Program-made: the position numbers and the translations under genes
Assembly: GCA_052033715.1 (NCBI GenBank)
Contig: JBPOJJ010000002.1
Location: 1,676-65,675 of the forward strand
Origin: Patescibacteria group bacterium
GTDB lineage: Bacteria > Patescibacteriota > Minisyncoccia > Phycocordibacterales > CSBR16-119
Direction of reading: 5' to 3'
Length of the DNA stretch: 64,000 nt
The notes under the pieces: model-generated
Database searches by the model: none
The model's input: only the letters and a program-made list of their open reading frames with translations
Told to the model about the DNA's origin: nothing
Part shown: piece after piece, positions 48,392 to 58,001 of the stretch
Position numbering within the stretch: the stretch's first letter is position 1
Layout: each line of letters opens with the position of its first letter

Positions 48392-51300
48392 TTATTTTTC
48401 TATTCTTATTTCTTCTCCGCCAAATTTTATTTCCTTTATACCTGCGACTTTTTGGAGTTCGGATTCGAAGCCAGAAATGATTTCTTTGGAAGATTCTGGA
48501 ATTGTAAGAGTGACTAGATCACTTGGCGACAAATCATTATCTTTTCGAAGACCTTGGACACTGCGGAGAAATTCTCGGAAATCGCCCTCCTTCTTTAATT
48601 CGTCAGTGATGTTTGTGTCGAGTGTAATTTCTGATCCAGAAATTATTTCTTTGACGTTTACTTCATCTTTGAGAAGTTCCAAATATTCCCCATCTAACTT
48701 TTGATTTATCGTAAGTGTTGCAAGCGGCTGGCGGACTTTGATATTAGCCTTCTGACGTGCTTCAAGTCCAGCGGTTACAAGTTCACGAGTCACTTTCATC
48801 GATTCTAAAACTTTTTCATCTATCTTTTTCACTTCGGGCCACGACTCGAGATGAACCGATTCTTTCTCGCCACCCACTTTCTGGTATAAATCTTCGGCGA
48901 AAAATGGCGTCATTGGCGCCATAAATTTCGCGAGTTCTGTAAATACGTGTTTGGTTGTCGCGAGAGCGAATTGTTTATCATCTTCGTCATCGCCCTTGAA
49001 GCGATCACGCGAACGGCGGATGTACCACGTCGATAAATCATTTACAAAATCACGAAGCGCACGAGCCGGCTCAAATATTTTGAACTCATCAAACTTCTCG
49101 GTTCCCTCTCTAACCATCTCGGCAAGTTTGGCCAAGATCCAAGCATCGAGAACGTTCGGACTTTTGTTCGGCTCGAAACCAGATTTCATCTCGCCAACAT
49201 ATGTTTCATAGAATTTATGACAATTTAAAATAAGTGTGAATATTTTGCCATGAAGTTCAGCCACCGTTTTCTCATCGAAGTTTTTCGAATCTCCCGGCTG
49301 GTTCACCGAATACATCCACAGACGCAATGTGTCGACGCCGTATTTGTCCATCATCTCCCATGGGTTCACGATGTTGCCAATTGATTTCGACATTTTCTTG
49401 CCCTGCGCGTCGAGAATGTGTCCGAGACAAATACAATTTTTATATGACGCGCCCTTGCCCATCAGTACGCCAACCGCAAGAAGCGTATAGAACCATCCAC
49501 GAGTTTGATCGACGGCTTCGGAGATGAAATCCGCCGGATAGCCCGGACCATCGACATATTCTTTGTTTTCAAACGGATAATGATGTTGTGCAAATGGCAT
49601 CGAGCCTGAGTCAAACCAGACATCCATCACGTCTTTGACTCGACGATATTCCACACCGTCTTTTTCGAGGACAACATCGTCGATGAATGGACGATGGAGA
49701 TCAAGTTCTTTTTTAGTCTCGTTGTTTACATAAACCGTATCGACTTCTCCATTATCAATACCGTGAAAAACTCGGATCGCTTCTTCATTGGACAATCCTC
49801 GCAATAATTTCAAAGCGATTTCATTTGTTCCTTGGTGAGCAAAACAAAGAATGGTCTTGCCGGAGTATTTTTCCAAGACATCATCAAGAAAATCCTGTAC
49901 TCGAGCTTCTAGATCCGCCCAACTTTCTCCGTCACCTCCACGCTTCATAACAAAACGATCTTCGGTGGACATATTCTTATAAGCATTTCGCGAAGCTTTT
50001 ATTGCCGGATCATGCTGTGATTTTTCCTCCCAATCACCGCTTTTTATCTCACCCAGACGCTCGTCGAGCACCATCTCAAATCCTCTTGATTTAGTAAACG
50101 CCTCGGCAGTTTCGCGCGCCCTCAAAATAGGCGAAGAGAAAATCACATCCGGCGTAAGATTATTCATCTTTTCAGCGCTCTGTTTGGCTTGTTCTCTGCC
50201 AAGGTCAGTCAAGTGATGAAGCTCAAGCGCGCTCGAAGACATTTCGAGAACATTGTGTTCAGCTTGGCCATGACGGACAAAAAGTATTTTTGTAAGTTTT
50301 TTCTTGGAATATTTTCGAAGTGTCTCAATCGAATCAACAATGATTTTCTCTCTCTTGTCTTCGGTCTGCCAGATTGGAAGCGGTGTACCCCAATAACGCT
50401 CACGAGAAATCGCCCAGTCTTTGATCTCGCGAAGCCACTCACCAAATCGGCCTTCTTTGATGTGAGATGGCTCCCAGTTTATTTTCTCATTCTGTTTTAC
50501 GAGTTCATCGCGAAGTTCCGACATCCGGATATACCAAGAATCCCGCGCGTAATAAATAAGCGGAGTTTTACATCTCCAGCAATGCGGATATGTGTGTTCG
50601 TAATTTTTCTTCCCAAAGAATAATCCCCTTTTGGTCAGATCGTTGATGATGTCTACCGCGACAAGTGGCTTCCCTGCCTCGTCTTTCTCCATAACAAATC
50701 GGCCAGCGAGAAATTCCACTCCCGGCAAGAATTTACCATCAAGTCCGACAGTGTGAATCTTTGGAAGTCCCTCACGTGTCGCCAACTCAAAGTCGTCCGC
50801 TCCATACATCGGCGCGATGTGTACGATTCCCGTTCCATCTTCGGTTGTGACGAAATCTCCAGCATAGACTTTGAAACTAGCTTCTAGCTTTTCGCTTTTA
50901 GCTTCTAGTGGATAAAGAGGTTCGTACTCCATGCCTATCATCTCACTACCTTTGTGTTCTGCAATAATTTCATAAGGCTCCGTGATGATCGAAAGCATCG
51001 CTTTGGCGACAACCAATATTTCCTCGCCGACTTTCGCTTCGACATACTCGACATCTTTTCCAACAGCTAATGCGACGTTGCCTGGAAGCGTCCATGGTGT
51101 TGTCGTCCAGGCGACGAAATATGCCTTGTCGAATCCTTTGATTGGAAACTTCGCAAAAATCGATAGGTCTTTGACATCTTCATACCCCTGCGCGAGTTCG
51201 TGTGACGACAAAGTTGTCCCGCAACGCGCGCACCATGGCAAGACTTTGAAGTCGGCGTACAATAAATTTTTCTTGTTCACTTCTGAAACGATATTCCAAA

Positions 51301-51781
51301 GTGATTCGATGTAATTTGTATTGAAAGTAAAATACGCATTTTTTTTGTCCACCCAATAACCGATACGATCCGTAAAATCTTCCCAATCTTTGATGTAATC
51401 GAAAACGCTTTGCTTACACTCGGCGTTGAATTTCTCGATGCCGTATTCTTCGATATCCTTCTTCGACTTTAGTCCGAGCTTCTTCTCAATCTGAAGTTCA
51501 ACTGGAAGTCCGTGCGTATCCCAGCCACCCTGGCGGGCGACGTGAAAGCCCTGCATCGTTTTGTAGCGAGGTATGACGTCCTTGAAAGCCCGAGCTTCGA
51601 GATGGTGAAGCGCTGGCTTGGCGTTAGCCGTCGGTGGGCCTTCGAAGAAGACGAATTCGCCTTTTGGGGATTCTTTCGAGAGAGATTTATCAAATATTTT
51701 GTTTTCTGCCCAGAATTTAAGAACCGCTTCTTCTTTTAGAGCGGCGTCAGACTTCTTGGGCACTCCCTGGTCCTTTTCCAT
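48392..51781 (-). CDS. ileS: isoleucine--tRNA ligase type 2 with an inserted histidine phosphatase domain
   Basis: GPPTAN..PALHH, GWDTHGLP, WTTTPWT, DWAISRERYWG, DQTRGWF, KMSKS; internal RHG domain. Confidence 0.95.
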   Translation of the reverse strand: MEKDQGVPKKSDAALKEEAVLKFWAENKIFDKSLSKESPKGEFVFFEGPPTANAKPALHHLEARAFKDVIPRYKTMQGFHVARQGGWDTHGLPVELQIEKKLGLKSKKDIEEYGIEKFNAECKQSVFDYIKDWEDFTDRIGYWVDKKNAYFTFNTNYIESLWNIVSEVNKKNLLYADFKVLPWCARCGTTLSSHELAQGYEDVKDLSIFAKFPIKGFDKAYFVAWTTTPWTLPGNVALAVGKDVEYVEAKVGEEILVVAKAMLSIITEPYEIIAEHKGSEMIGMEYEPLYPLEAKSEKLEASFKVYAGDFVTTEDGTGIVHIAPMYGADDFELATREGLPKIHTVGLDGKFLPGVEFLAGRFVMEKDEAGKPLVAVDIINDLTKRGLFFGKKNYEHTYPHCWRCKTPLIYYARDSWYIRMSELRDELVKQNEKINWEPSHIKEGRFGEWLREIKDWAISRERYWGTPLPIWQTEDKREKIIVDSIETLRKYSKKKLTKILFVRHGQAEHNVLEMSSSALELHHLTDLGREQAKQSAEKMNNLTPDVIFSSPILRARETAEAFTKSRGFEMVLDERLGEIKSGDWEEKSQHDPAIKASRNAYKNMSTEDRFVMKRGGDGESWADLEARVQDFLDDVLEKYSGKTILCFAHQGTNEIALKLLRGLSNEEAIRVFHGIDNGEVDTVYVNNETKKELDLHRPFIDDVVLEKDGVEYRRVKDVMDVWFDSGSMPFAQHHYPFENKEYVDGPGYPADFISEAVDQTRGWFYTLLAVGVLMGKGASYKNCICLGHILDAQGKKMSKSIGNIVNPWEMMDKYGVDTLRLWMYSVNQPGDSKNFDEKTVAELHGKIFTLILNCHKFYETYVGEMKSGFEPNKSPNVLDAWILAKLAEMVREGTEKFDEFKIFEPARALRDFVNDLSTWYIRRSRDRFKGDDEDDKQFALATTKHVFTELAKFMAPMTPFFAEDLYQKVGGEKESVHLESWPEVKKIDEKVLESMKVTRELVTAGLEARQKANIKVRQPLATLTINQKLDGEYLELLKDEVNVKEIISGSEITLDTNITDELKKEGDFREFLRSVQGLRKDNDLSPSDLVTLTIPESSKEIISGFESELQKVAGIKEIKFGGEEIRIEK

Positions 51782-51867
51782 ACCTTTGAATTTAACACGA
51801 AATCAGGCTTTTAAAAAGTTTGTAAAAATGAAATTTTTGGGTTATAAAGTGGGCAAAGCCCAGGAAC

Positions 51868-52128
51868 ATGAACCTCTCCAATATATGGTTTCGTCTGCTT
51901 GGCTCATGCGGCCTAGGCAGACGCGCAAAGATGCGCGAAGCAATGAATCATGTCGCGTCGAATTCTCCCACACCTCTTGCGGGGAAGGCCTTGGCCAACT
52001 ACCTAAGAACGGGGGTCAATCCCGACATGGTGAAGTACAATTTCAGTAGCCGCTGCAAGGGTGACAAGAAACTTGCGGGGATGTTCGAACCACTCTTCAA
52101 CGAGATGGTAGGAGAACTGGAGGCCTGA
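51868..52128 (+). CDS. small hypothetical protein (86 aa), probably cassette class
   Basis: GC-richer ORF opposite its neighbours, own promoter-like region, ggaggcc/ggcctcc hairpin at the stop. Confidence 0.55.
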   Translation: MNLSNIWFRLLGSCGLGRRAKMREAMNHVASNSPTPLAGKALANYLRTGVNPDMVKYNFSSRCKGDKKLAGMFEPLFNEMVGELEA

Positions 52129-52156
52129 GAGGGCCTCCTTTCCTGTTTTTATATTC

Positions 52157-52175
52157 CGCTAGGTCGGACCTAGCG
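52157..52175. repeat. short REP-like palindrome
   Basis: cgctaggtc-g-gacctagcg. Confidence 0.5.
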
Positions 52176-52197
52176 TAGCGATTTTATGTTTTAAAAA

Positions 52198-53892
52198 TCA
52201 CATCCTGTCAGGAGATTTAATACCGAGAAGTTGCAAACCGTTTTGAATTACAATTCCGACAGATTTCGCGAGCGCTAGATTGTAACTGGTGTTTTTATTT
52301 TCCGGATCAACAAGTTTGGTATTTCCGTACCAAGAGTTAAAAGCTCGAGCAAGTTGTAGAAGATACGTCGCGACGTGATGCGGCGCCCATTCGCTAATTG
52401 CGAGCTCGACGACTTCCGGAAATCTGGCGACCAGCTTCTCGACATCGCTTGGTAAATCTTCAACAACCCTCTCGGCTTTTGGCGCAAGACCTACTTGCGA
52501 AGCCTTTTCCAACACAGAATTGATGCGCGCATTTGTGTATTGCAAATATGGTCCAGAATCGCCTTCGAACGATAACGATGTTTCAGGATCGAAATTTATA
52601 TCTTTACCAGCCATCGTGCGAAGGATCGTGAATTTCAAGGCACCAATAGCGACGGCGTCGGCATCCCGCCCCAGATCAACTTCTTCTCCTGATCTATCGG
52701 AGACTTCAGTAAGCACCGTTTCAAGAACGTCGGCCGCGGTTGGCACGCCTCCAAGACGACTAGACATTTTCTTGCCCTTGAAACTCATGCGACCATGAGT
52801 CTTGTGCAAAGTCTTTTGTTGCCAAGCTTTTTCAATTTTCCCAGCCGCGGCCAAAACGACTTCGTAATAACGCGCCTGCTCCCTGTCGGTTACAAGTATA
52901 GAAATGTCGGGACTGTATCTTTCAAATTTGAGCCACAAAAGTCCAATGTCTTTGGCTTCGTACGTCGGATAACCTTCAGCGTTTATAAAGACTCGAGTGT
53001 GAAGTCCATCAGCTTCGCCTTTGTAGATAACAGCATTTTCTGATTCTTCGAAAATTCCTCCAAGGTTTTGAAGTACTATTTTTTTACCAACGTCTCCGGC
53101 TTCAGATTCATAGACGAAATCGTCGAACGTTGATCCGAGTCTTGCGGTGATATCGAGGAAGTACTGAAGCGTGATGTCTTTGCCGGCGACGTAAGCATCG
53201 TATTCAACTCCCGGAGTCTTTTCATAAATCATTTCGGTGATTTCTTTCACCCGACGCACGATTGATGGATTTTCATCGTAGGCTTTGGTGCCTTCAACGT
53301 AGCAAGTTCCCAAGAAAGCGAGTCTGTCAGAAAGAGTTGGAAGTTGCTTAAGCTCGGAAACACCATGCTCGAGAAGCGCCCAGACAGCTTTACCAATTCC
53401 AAGCGAGACGTCTGATGGATATGACATTTTGGTCACGCGAGCGCCGGACGCGCTGGCGAGTCGTGCAACAGACTCGCCGATAGCGTTGTTCATGACGTGA
53501 CCGACATGAAATGGTTTGAAAAGATTCGGTGATGAATGTTCAACGAGGATATGTTTGCCTGCGTGAACTTCTGATTTACCAAACTGCGAAGTTTGCGCCA
53601 AAATTTTTCCAATTTCTGATTGGAAAAATTTTGGCACCAAGCGAAAGTTTATAAAACCCGCCGCCGTTGTGACAGATTCGACAAGCTCATGCTTATCCAT
53701 CTTCTCGACGATACTTTCAGCCAGAGCCACAGGATTGGTCTTGGTCACTTTGGCCAAAATCATAGCGACGTTCGTCGAATAATCGCCATGAGAAATCTCC
53801 ACCGGATGATCAAGGGTTATTTTCTCTAAGTTTATATCTAACTTTTCCAACGCCTCTCTAACGAGGCTTATGATTATTTCTTTTATTTCCAT
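52198..53892 (-). CDS. argS: arginine--tRNA ligase
   Basis: GDYSTN, SSPN..KPFHVGH, KMSSR, GPYLQY..AR. Confidence 0.96.
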   Translation of the reverse strand: MEIKEIIISLVREALEKLDINLEKITLDHPVEISHGDYSTNVAMILAKVTKTNPVALAESIVEKMDKHELVESVTTAAGFINFRLVPKFFQSEIGKILAQTSQFGKSEVHAGKHILVEHSSPNLFKPFHVGHVMNNAIGESVARLASASGARVTKMSYPSDVSLGIGKAVWALLEHGVSELKQLPTLSDRLAFLGTCYVEGTKAYDENPSIVRRVKEITEMIYEKTPGVEYDAYVAGKDITLQYFLDITARLGSTFDDFVYESEAGDVGKKIVLQNLGGIFEESENAVIYKGEADGLHTRVFINAEGYPTYEAKDIGLLWLKFERYSPDISILVTDREQARYYEVVLAAAGKIEKAWQQKTLHKTHGRMSFKGKKMSSRLGGVPTAADVLETVLTEVSDRSGEEVDLGRDADAVAIGALKFTILRTMAGKDINFDPETSLSFEGDSGPYLQYTNARINSVLEKASQVGLAPKAERVVEDLPSDVEKLVARFPEVVELAISEWAPHHVATYLLQLARAFNSWYGNTKLVDPENKNTSYNLALAKSVGIVIQNGLQLLGIKSPDRM

Positions 53893-54425
53893 TATTTCTT
53901 TTTCAATAGATCGGCGTGTTCGGACTTTAACTTTTCGAGCTTCGGCGCGATCACCAGCTGGCAGTACATTTTGTCCTTGTTCTGTTCGTAATAATCGTGA
54001 TGATAGTTCTCGGCTGGATAAAATTCAGGAACCAGTATTAGTTCAGTCACAATCTTTTTGTCGTCAGGCAAAAGTTTATTCCGCTCGGCGATAATCTTGG
54101 CAGCAATGTCTTTTTGTTCGTGTTCTGTGTAAAAAATTGCCGAACGATATTGATTACCAACATCAGCTCCCTGTCGATCAAGAGTCGTCGGGTCGTGACT
54201 ATTAAAGAAAACATTTAAAAGTTCTTCTGTTGAAATGGTGTTTGGATCATATTCGACTTTTGCTGCCTCAGCATGGCCCGTATCGCCCTTGCAGACCTGC
54301 TCGTACGTCGGATGTTCAACGTGTCCACCAATATACCCAGGGCTAACAGACATTACCCCTCGAAGGCTTTTGAAGACCGCCTCGGTGCACCAGAAACATC
54401 CTGCCGCTAGGTATATAGTTTCCAT
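53892..54425 (-). CDS. msrA: peptide-methionine (S)-S-oxide reductase
   Basis: GCFWC, GHAE, HDPT..DRQG.D.G.QYRS. Confidence 0.96.
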   Translation of the reverse strand: METIYLAAGCFWCTEAVFKSLRGVMSVSPGYIGGHVEHPTYEQVCKGDTGHAEAAKVEYDPNTISTEELLNVFFNSHDPTTLDRQGADVGNQYRSAIFYTEHEQKDIAAKIIAERNKLLPDDKKIVTELILVPEFYPAENYHHDYYEQNKDKMYCQLVIAPKLEKLKSEHADLLKKK

Positions 54426-54451
54426 ACCCTAATTTTAGCACAAACCCAAGA

Positions 54452-54961
54452 CTAAATCTTGCGACTGTCATATGCCCAATGCAGAAGCGCCTGACGCTGG
54501 CGTGGACGACAAAACAAATCTCCGGAGCTACAATTTGCCGCAATCTGCCCCATATGCCGACGAATGGCATGGAAGCGTCGGATCTGTCGAGTATCTTCTT
54601 TGGGTAGGCGTCTCCCCATATAGTACCGGCAATACCACTGAAACCACCCTCTCGGGTCGTCTTTAGATATCCAACCATTTTTACGCCAGACAGAAAGGGG
54701 CTGACTTGCGTTTATTTTAAACAAATTTATTTTTGGATCACGAGAAGCCTTGGCGAACTTGGCCCGCGTGAACCAGTCTTTCGGAAATTCTTTAGTGCAA
54801 TCGCGCATATATACTCCGCCAAAAACTCCGAGAGCAAGCATTTGTTTGGGTGTTAGATCTGGTTTGAAATCTGGCGCAAAATTTTTACCCACCGGCTCAA
54901 CAAGCTCGTATTTATAGCCTTTTTGCATCTTGTCATTGACTGTTACGACTTTCTTTTTCAT
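54452..54961 (-). CDS. conserved hypothetical protein
   Basis: TPK.ML..GVFGG.Y, DPRGWFQWYCRYY.GRR, RQALLHWAYD; TAAAAT-N7-ATG favours start 54961. Confidence 0.75.
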   Translation of the reverse strand: MKKKVVTVNDKMQKGYKYELVEPVGKNFAPDFKPDLTPKQMLALGVFGGVYMRDCTKEFPKDWFTRAKFAKASRDPKINLFKINASQPLSVWRKNGWISKDDPRGWFQWYCRYYMGRRLPKEDTRQIRRFHAIRRHMGQIAANCSSGDLFCRPRQRQALLHWAYDSRKI

Positions 54962-55038
54962 AAAAATCATTTTAACATTTTCCAGGTAAGTCATGTGTTA
55001 GAATACTCTTGTTATAAGTTTAACCAAATTTAATTTAC

Positions 55039-55716
55039 ATGAAAGGATTTACTATTTTTATCATCTTGGTCGCCCTTGTCGTTGTCGGATTCTTGGTCTT
55101 GCGAAAACCAGCCACCGCACCAACCACAGAAGATCAAATGGTTGATACAAATCTAAGCAACATAAACACAAAAGACGAAAGCGTTGACGGTTCGAAAGAA
55201 TTTGACGCCTCAGCAAGTTCTGCAACTTGGACTGGATCAAAGAAACTTATTGCCACCTGGATAGACAAAGGGACAATCAAAATCAAATCTGGAAATGCTT
55301 TGTTCGATAAAGGGGCACTTGTTGGTGGACTGGTTGTCTTTGATATGAATTCGATCCAAGCGACAACTACGGGTGCTGGTGGTGGACAAGATAAACTGAG
55401 TGAAAATTTAAAATCAGATGATTTCTTTTCGGCGGAAAAATTCCCTGAAGCCAAATTTGTTATAACTTCTGCGACACATGAAGCTGGAGATACATACATG
55501 TTAACTGGCGATCTAACCATCAAGGGAAAAACTCTACCGACGACATTCCCTGTTGAAGTTGTAACAACAAACGGCAAAGTTACAATCATGGGTAGCGCGA
55601 CAATTGACCGAACTTTGTATGATGTGCGCTTTGGATCGGACAAATTCTTTCCTGACCTTGGAGACAATGTTATAAACGATGAATTTACACTCGAATTTAA
55701 AGCGGTAACTAAATAA
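55039..55716 (+). CDS. YceI family protein
   Basis: N-terminal anchor, LKS.DFF..EKFP, GDLTIKG, IDRT. Confidence 0.88.
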   Translation: MKGFTIFIILVALVVVGFLVLRKPATAPTTEDQMVDTNLSNINTKDESVDGSKEFDASASSATWTGSKKLIATWIDKGTIKIKSGNALFDKGALVGGLVVFDMNSIQATTTGAGGGQDKLSENLKSDDFFSAEKFPEAKFVITSATHEAGDTYMLTGDLTIKGKTLPTTFPVEVVTTNGKVTIMGSATIDRTLYDVRFGSDKFFPDLGDNVINDEFTLEFKAVTK

Positions 55717-55769
55717 AGAAAGCCCAAGAAAAGCCTTAGAAATAGGGCTTTTCTTATACCTGGCTACCA

Positions 55770-55799
55770 TTGACAAGTACCCTATAAATATGGTAGTAT
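55770..55799 (+). promoter_or_regulatory. promoter of the DUF4407 cassette
   Basis: TTGACA-N18-TAGTAT with an extended TGn. Confidence 0.65.
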
Positions 55800-55860
55800 G
55801 CGGACCGGCATTAGCACCCTGAAAACCGACAACATCACATAGAACCAAACCACACCCAAC

Positions 55861-57408
55861 ATGGAAACTCCCACTCCCGCCACTGCGCCTGAGGGTCCGA
55901 AACGGACTTTCGGGCAGCGCTTCTTTGATTTCTTCGAGAAGCTTCCGAGCTACATAGCCGCATTCTTCTCAGCCATCCCCGCGTTCCTCTATCCTGCTTT
56001 CGCTTGGGTCGCCGGTTGCGACCTTGGCACTGTCAAGACGATGCCCTCGGGTGAGCTGAACAAGAAGGCCTCCCTTGGCCTGGCGATGATCTTCACGATC
56101 ACCGTAGCAGCTCTGGCTGCCAGCAATGCAGCCGGCATATTCCTTTCTGAGGAGATGCGTTGGCCGTTTGCAATTCTGTGGGCACTATTGATCTTCAGCA
56201 TCGACCGAATGATCATCGTATCCCTGGACATGCAGAAGGCGGAGGGCAATGGCGGCAAGGGTTTACGTAAAGTCCTGACCGTCGTTTTCCGTTTCATCAT
56301 CATCTTCTTCATGAGCTATATCACTTCGACTTCGGTCGAGATGATCGTGTTCAAGAAAGAGATCGCCAGCGTGATCACGGAAAAGCGCTACGCGGAAAAC
56401 AAGAAGATCAACGCGGAAGCTGATTCAGCTGAAGCGGTGGTCGACACCGCCCGGATCGAAGCCACCATGCAAGTGCGCGCAGCACGCCTGGAAGTGGAGC
56501 GCTACAGCGCGAAACTGGACTCCGAGATCGACACTCTGCAGAAGGAAATCAAATCGCGACGCGACCTGCTCCAAGAGGAGGTTGCCGGCCGAGTTGGTTC
56601 CGGAAAGCAAGGAATGGGCCCAACAGCCAAGGCCATTATGCTCAACATCACTGCGGACTCGACCCGGCTTGCCGTGCTCGAAGCTCGACGTGATTCGGCT
56701 ATCGCAAATTCAACCGCGATAGGTGAGCTCAATGCAGCGGAGGAATTCGCTGCAAAGGCTGTGGTTCGGCTCGACAAGCGAAGCGCGCTGATCAAGGAAG
56801 AACGACTGGCGAAGCTTGCAAAAGTGAGTCACGTCGTCGGTGACGGCTTCATGGACCGCTACCTGGCACTTGGAGAACTCCGAGGAAAGGCATCGTTCAT
56901 CATGATCGTCGTATTCGTCATCCTGATGTTGATCGAATCCTTACCGGTGATCCTTAAGCTCTCATCTAGCGATGGCCTCTACGAGGAAGCGCTCGGGAAG
57001 CAGCTACAGACACACCGAGTACAAGTGTTCAACAAGCAGGAACTCGATCTGGCCACACAAGAAGGTGAGCACCTCGGGAAACTGATCGCAGCCAAAAAGA
57101 TCATAAACGAGCACCAAGGCGCGATCCTGGACAAGGAAGAGGAATACATGACCGACATTGCCACGAAGAAGCACGATCTGGAAGAGGCCCGTCGCACGAT
57201 CATCGCAGCCGAGAACGAAACGGCCATGGCGGTCGCCAGCGAGCGGATGAAAGGCTTGACGGCAAGACTTGATCAGACAGCTGCCTTCATCAATGACGCC
57301 AATGCGAAGCTTGTCAACACGCCGGAGGAGCCGCAGCCAGTGCGCGCGGCAAAGAAGAACGTCCTGCGTCAACTGCTGGACGAAGTGCAGAAGACGGTGT
57401 TGTCGTAA
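55861..57408 (+). CDS. DUF4407-like membrane/coiled-coil protein (cassette class)
   Basis: W..LIF.IDR.I, E..VF..EI, long coiled coil, GF..R..AL, IE..PV..KL....G.Y. Confidence 0.75.
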   Translation: METPTPATAPEGPKRTFGQRFFDFFEKLPSYIAAFFSAIPAFLYPAFAWVAGCDLGTVKTMPSGELNKKASLGLAMIFTITVAALAASNAAGIFLSEEMRWPFAILWALLIFSIDRMIIVSLDMQKAEGNGGKGLRKVLTVVFRFIIIFFMSYITSTSVEMIVFKKEIASVITEKRYAENKKINAEADSAEAVVDTARIEATMQVRAARLEVERYSAKLDSEIDTLQKEIKSRRDLLQEEVAGRVGSGKQGMGPTAKAIMLNITADSTRLAVLEARRDSAIANSTAIGELNAAEEFAAKAVVRLDKRSALIKEERLAKLAKVSHVVGDGFMDRYLALGELRGKASFIMIVVFVILMLIESLPVILKLSSSDGLYEEALGKQLQTHRVQVFNKQELDLATQEGEHLGKLIAAKKIINEHQGAILDKEEEYMTDIATKKHDLEEARRTIIAAENETAMAVASERMKGLTARLDQTAAFINDANAKLVNTPEEPQPVRAAKKNVLRQLLDEVQKTVLS

Positions 57409-57427
57409 GCAACCACCCTACCATTGG

Positions 57428-57456
57428 AGAGGGCCCGCACCGCGGGCCCTCTTTTC
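57428..57456 (+). terminator. intrinsic terminator
   Basis: agagggcccgc-acc-gcgggccctct followed by ttt. Confidence 0.8.
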
Positions 57457-57475
57457 ATTTCAATTATTTTTATGA

Positions 57476-57841
57476 TTATGACGCTAGCGCAATAATCATC
57501 AGAAGTGCGCCAACGATGGCCATGTTCTTCTGGAAATTAATTCGCTCCCCCATCTTCATCATCGGATCAGTAATTTTCCAGTATTGGTGCATCATGAAAC
57601 TTGTTCCGACAAGAAAGGCCACGAGAATCCAGCAACCGAGCGCCAAGCTCATACCAGTAAGTACCGAAGCGCCTCCGATGAAAAGCATCGCGCCACTAAC
57701 AGCAACAGAAATTTTCGGATGTGGAACTTTCTTTGAGCCAGCATATCCGGCTAAAGATTCGATGTTGGCAAAGTGATTGTAGGCATTGTACAAGAAATAT
57801 GCTCCCAAAATTATCCGTCCCAAGAAATAAATGTTTTCCAT
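57476..57841 (-). CDS. DoxX family protein
   Basis: GRI.LG..F, H.YW, F.KN.AI.G. Confidence 0.85.
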   Translation of the reverse strand: MENIYFLGRIILGAYFLYNAYNHFANIESLAGYAGSKKVPHPKISVAVSGAMLFIGGASVLTGMSLALGCWILVAFLVGTSFMMHQYWKITDPMMKMGERINFQKNMAIVGALLMIIALAS

Positions 57842-57881
57842 GATTTTAAATTGTTAAGGCTAATGTTCTTATTTTACCACA

Positions 57882-57949
57882 CCCCCACACCTATATTTTG
57901 ATAGTTCTTCGAACGCGCCTTTGGCGCCATCAAAATATAGGTGTGGGGG
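57882..57949. repeat. Y-shaped palindromic element
   Basis: 21-bp perfect inverted repeat enclosing two mini-hairpins. Confidence 0.8.
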
Positions 57950-57960
57950 CACAAAAAGAA

Positions 57961-57982
57961 AAAGGGGGCCGAAGCCCCCTTT
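57961..57982 (-). terminator. terminator of the PNP cassette
   Basis: G-run/C-run stem closed by a ttcg loop, followed by a T tract on the minus strand. Confidence 0.75.
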
Positions 57983-58001
57983 CGCAAAGCGAAACCAAAC
58001 G

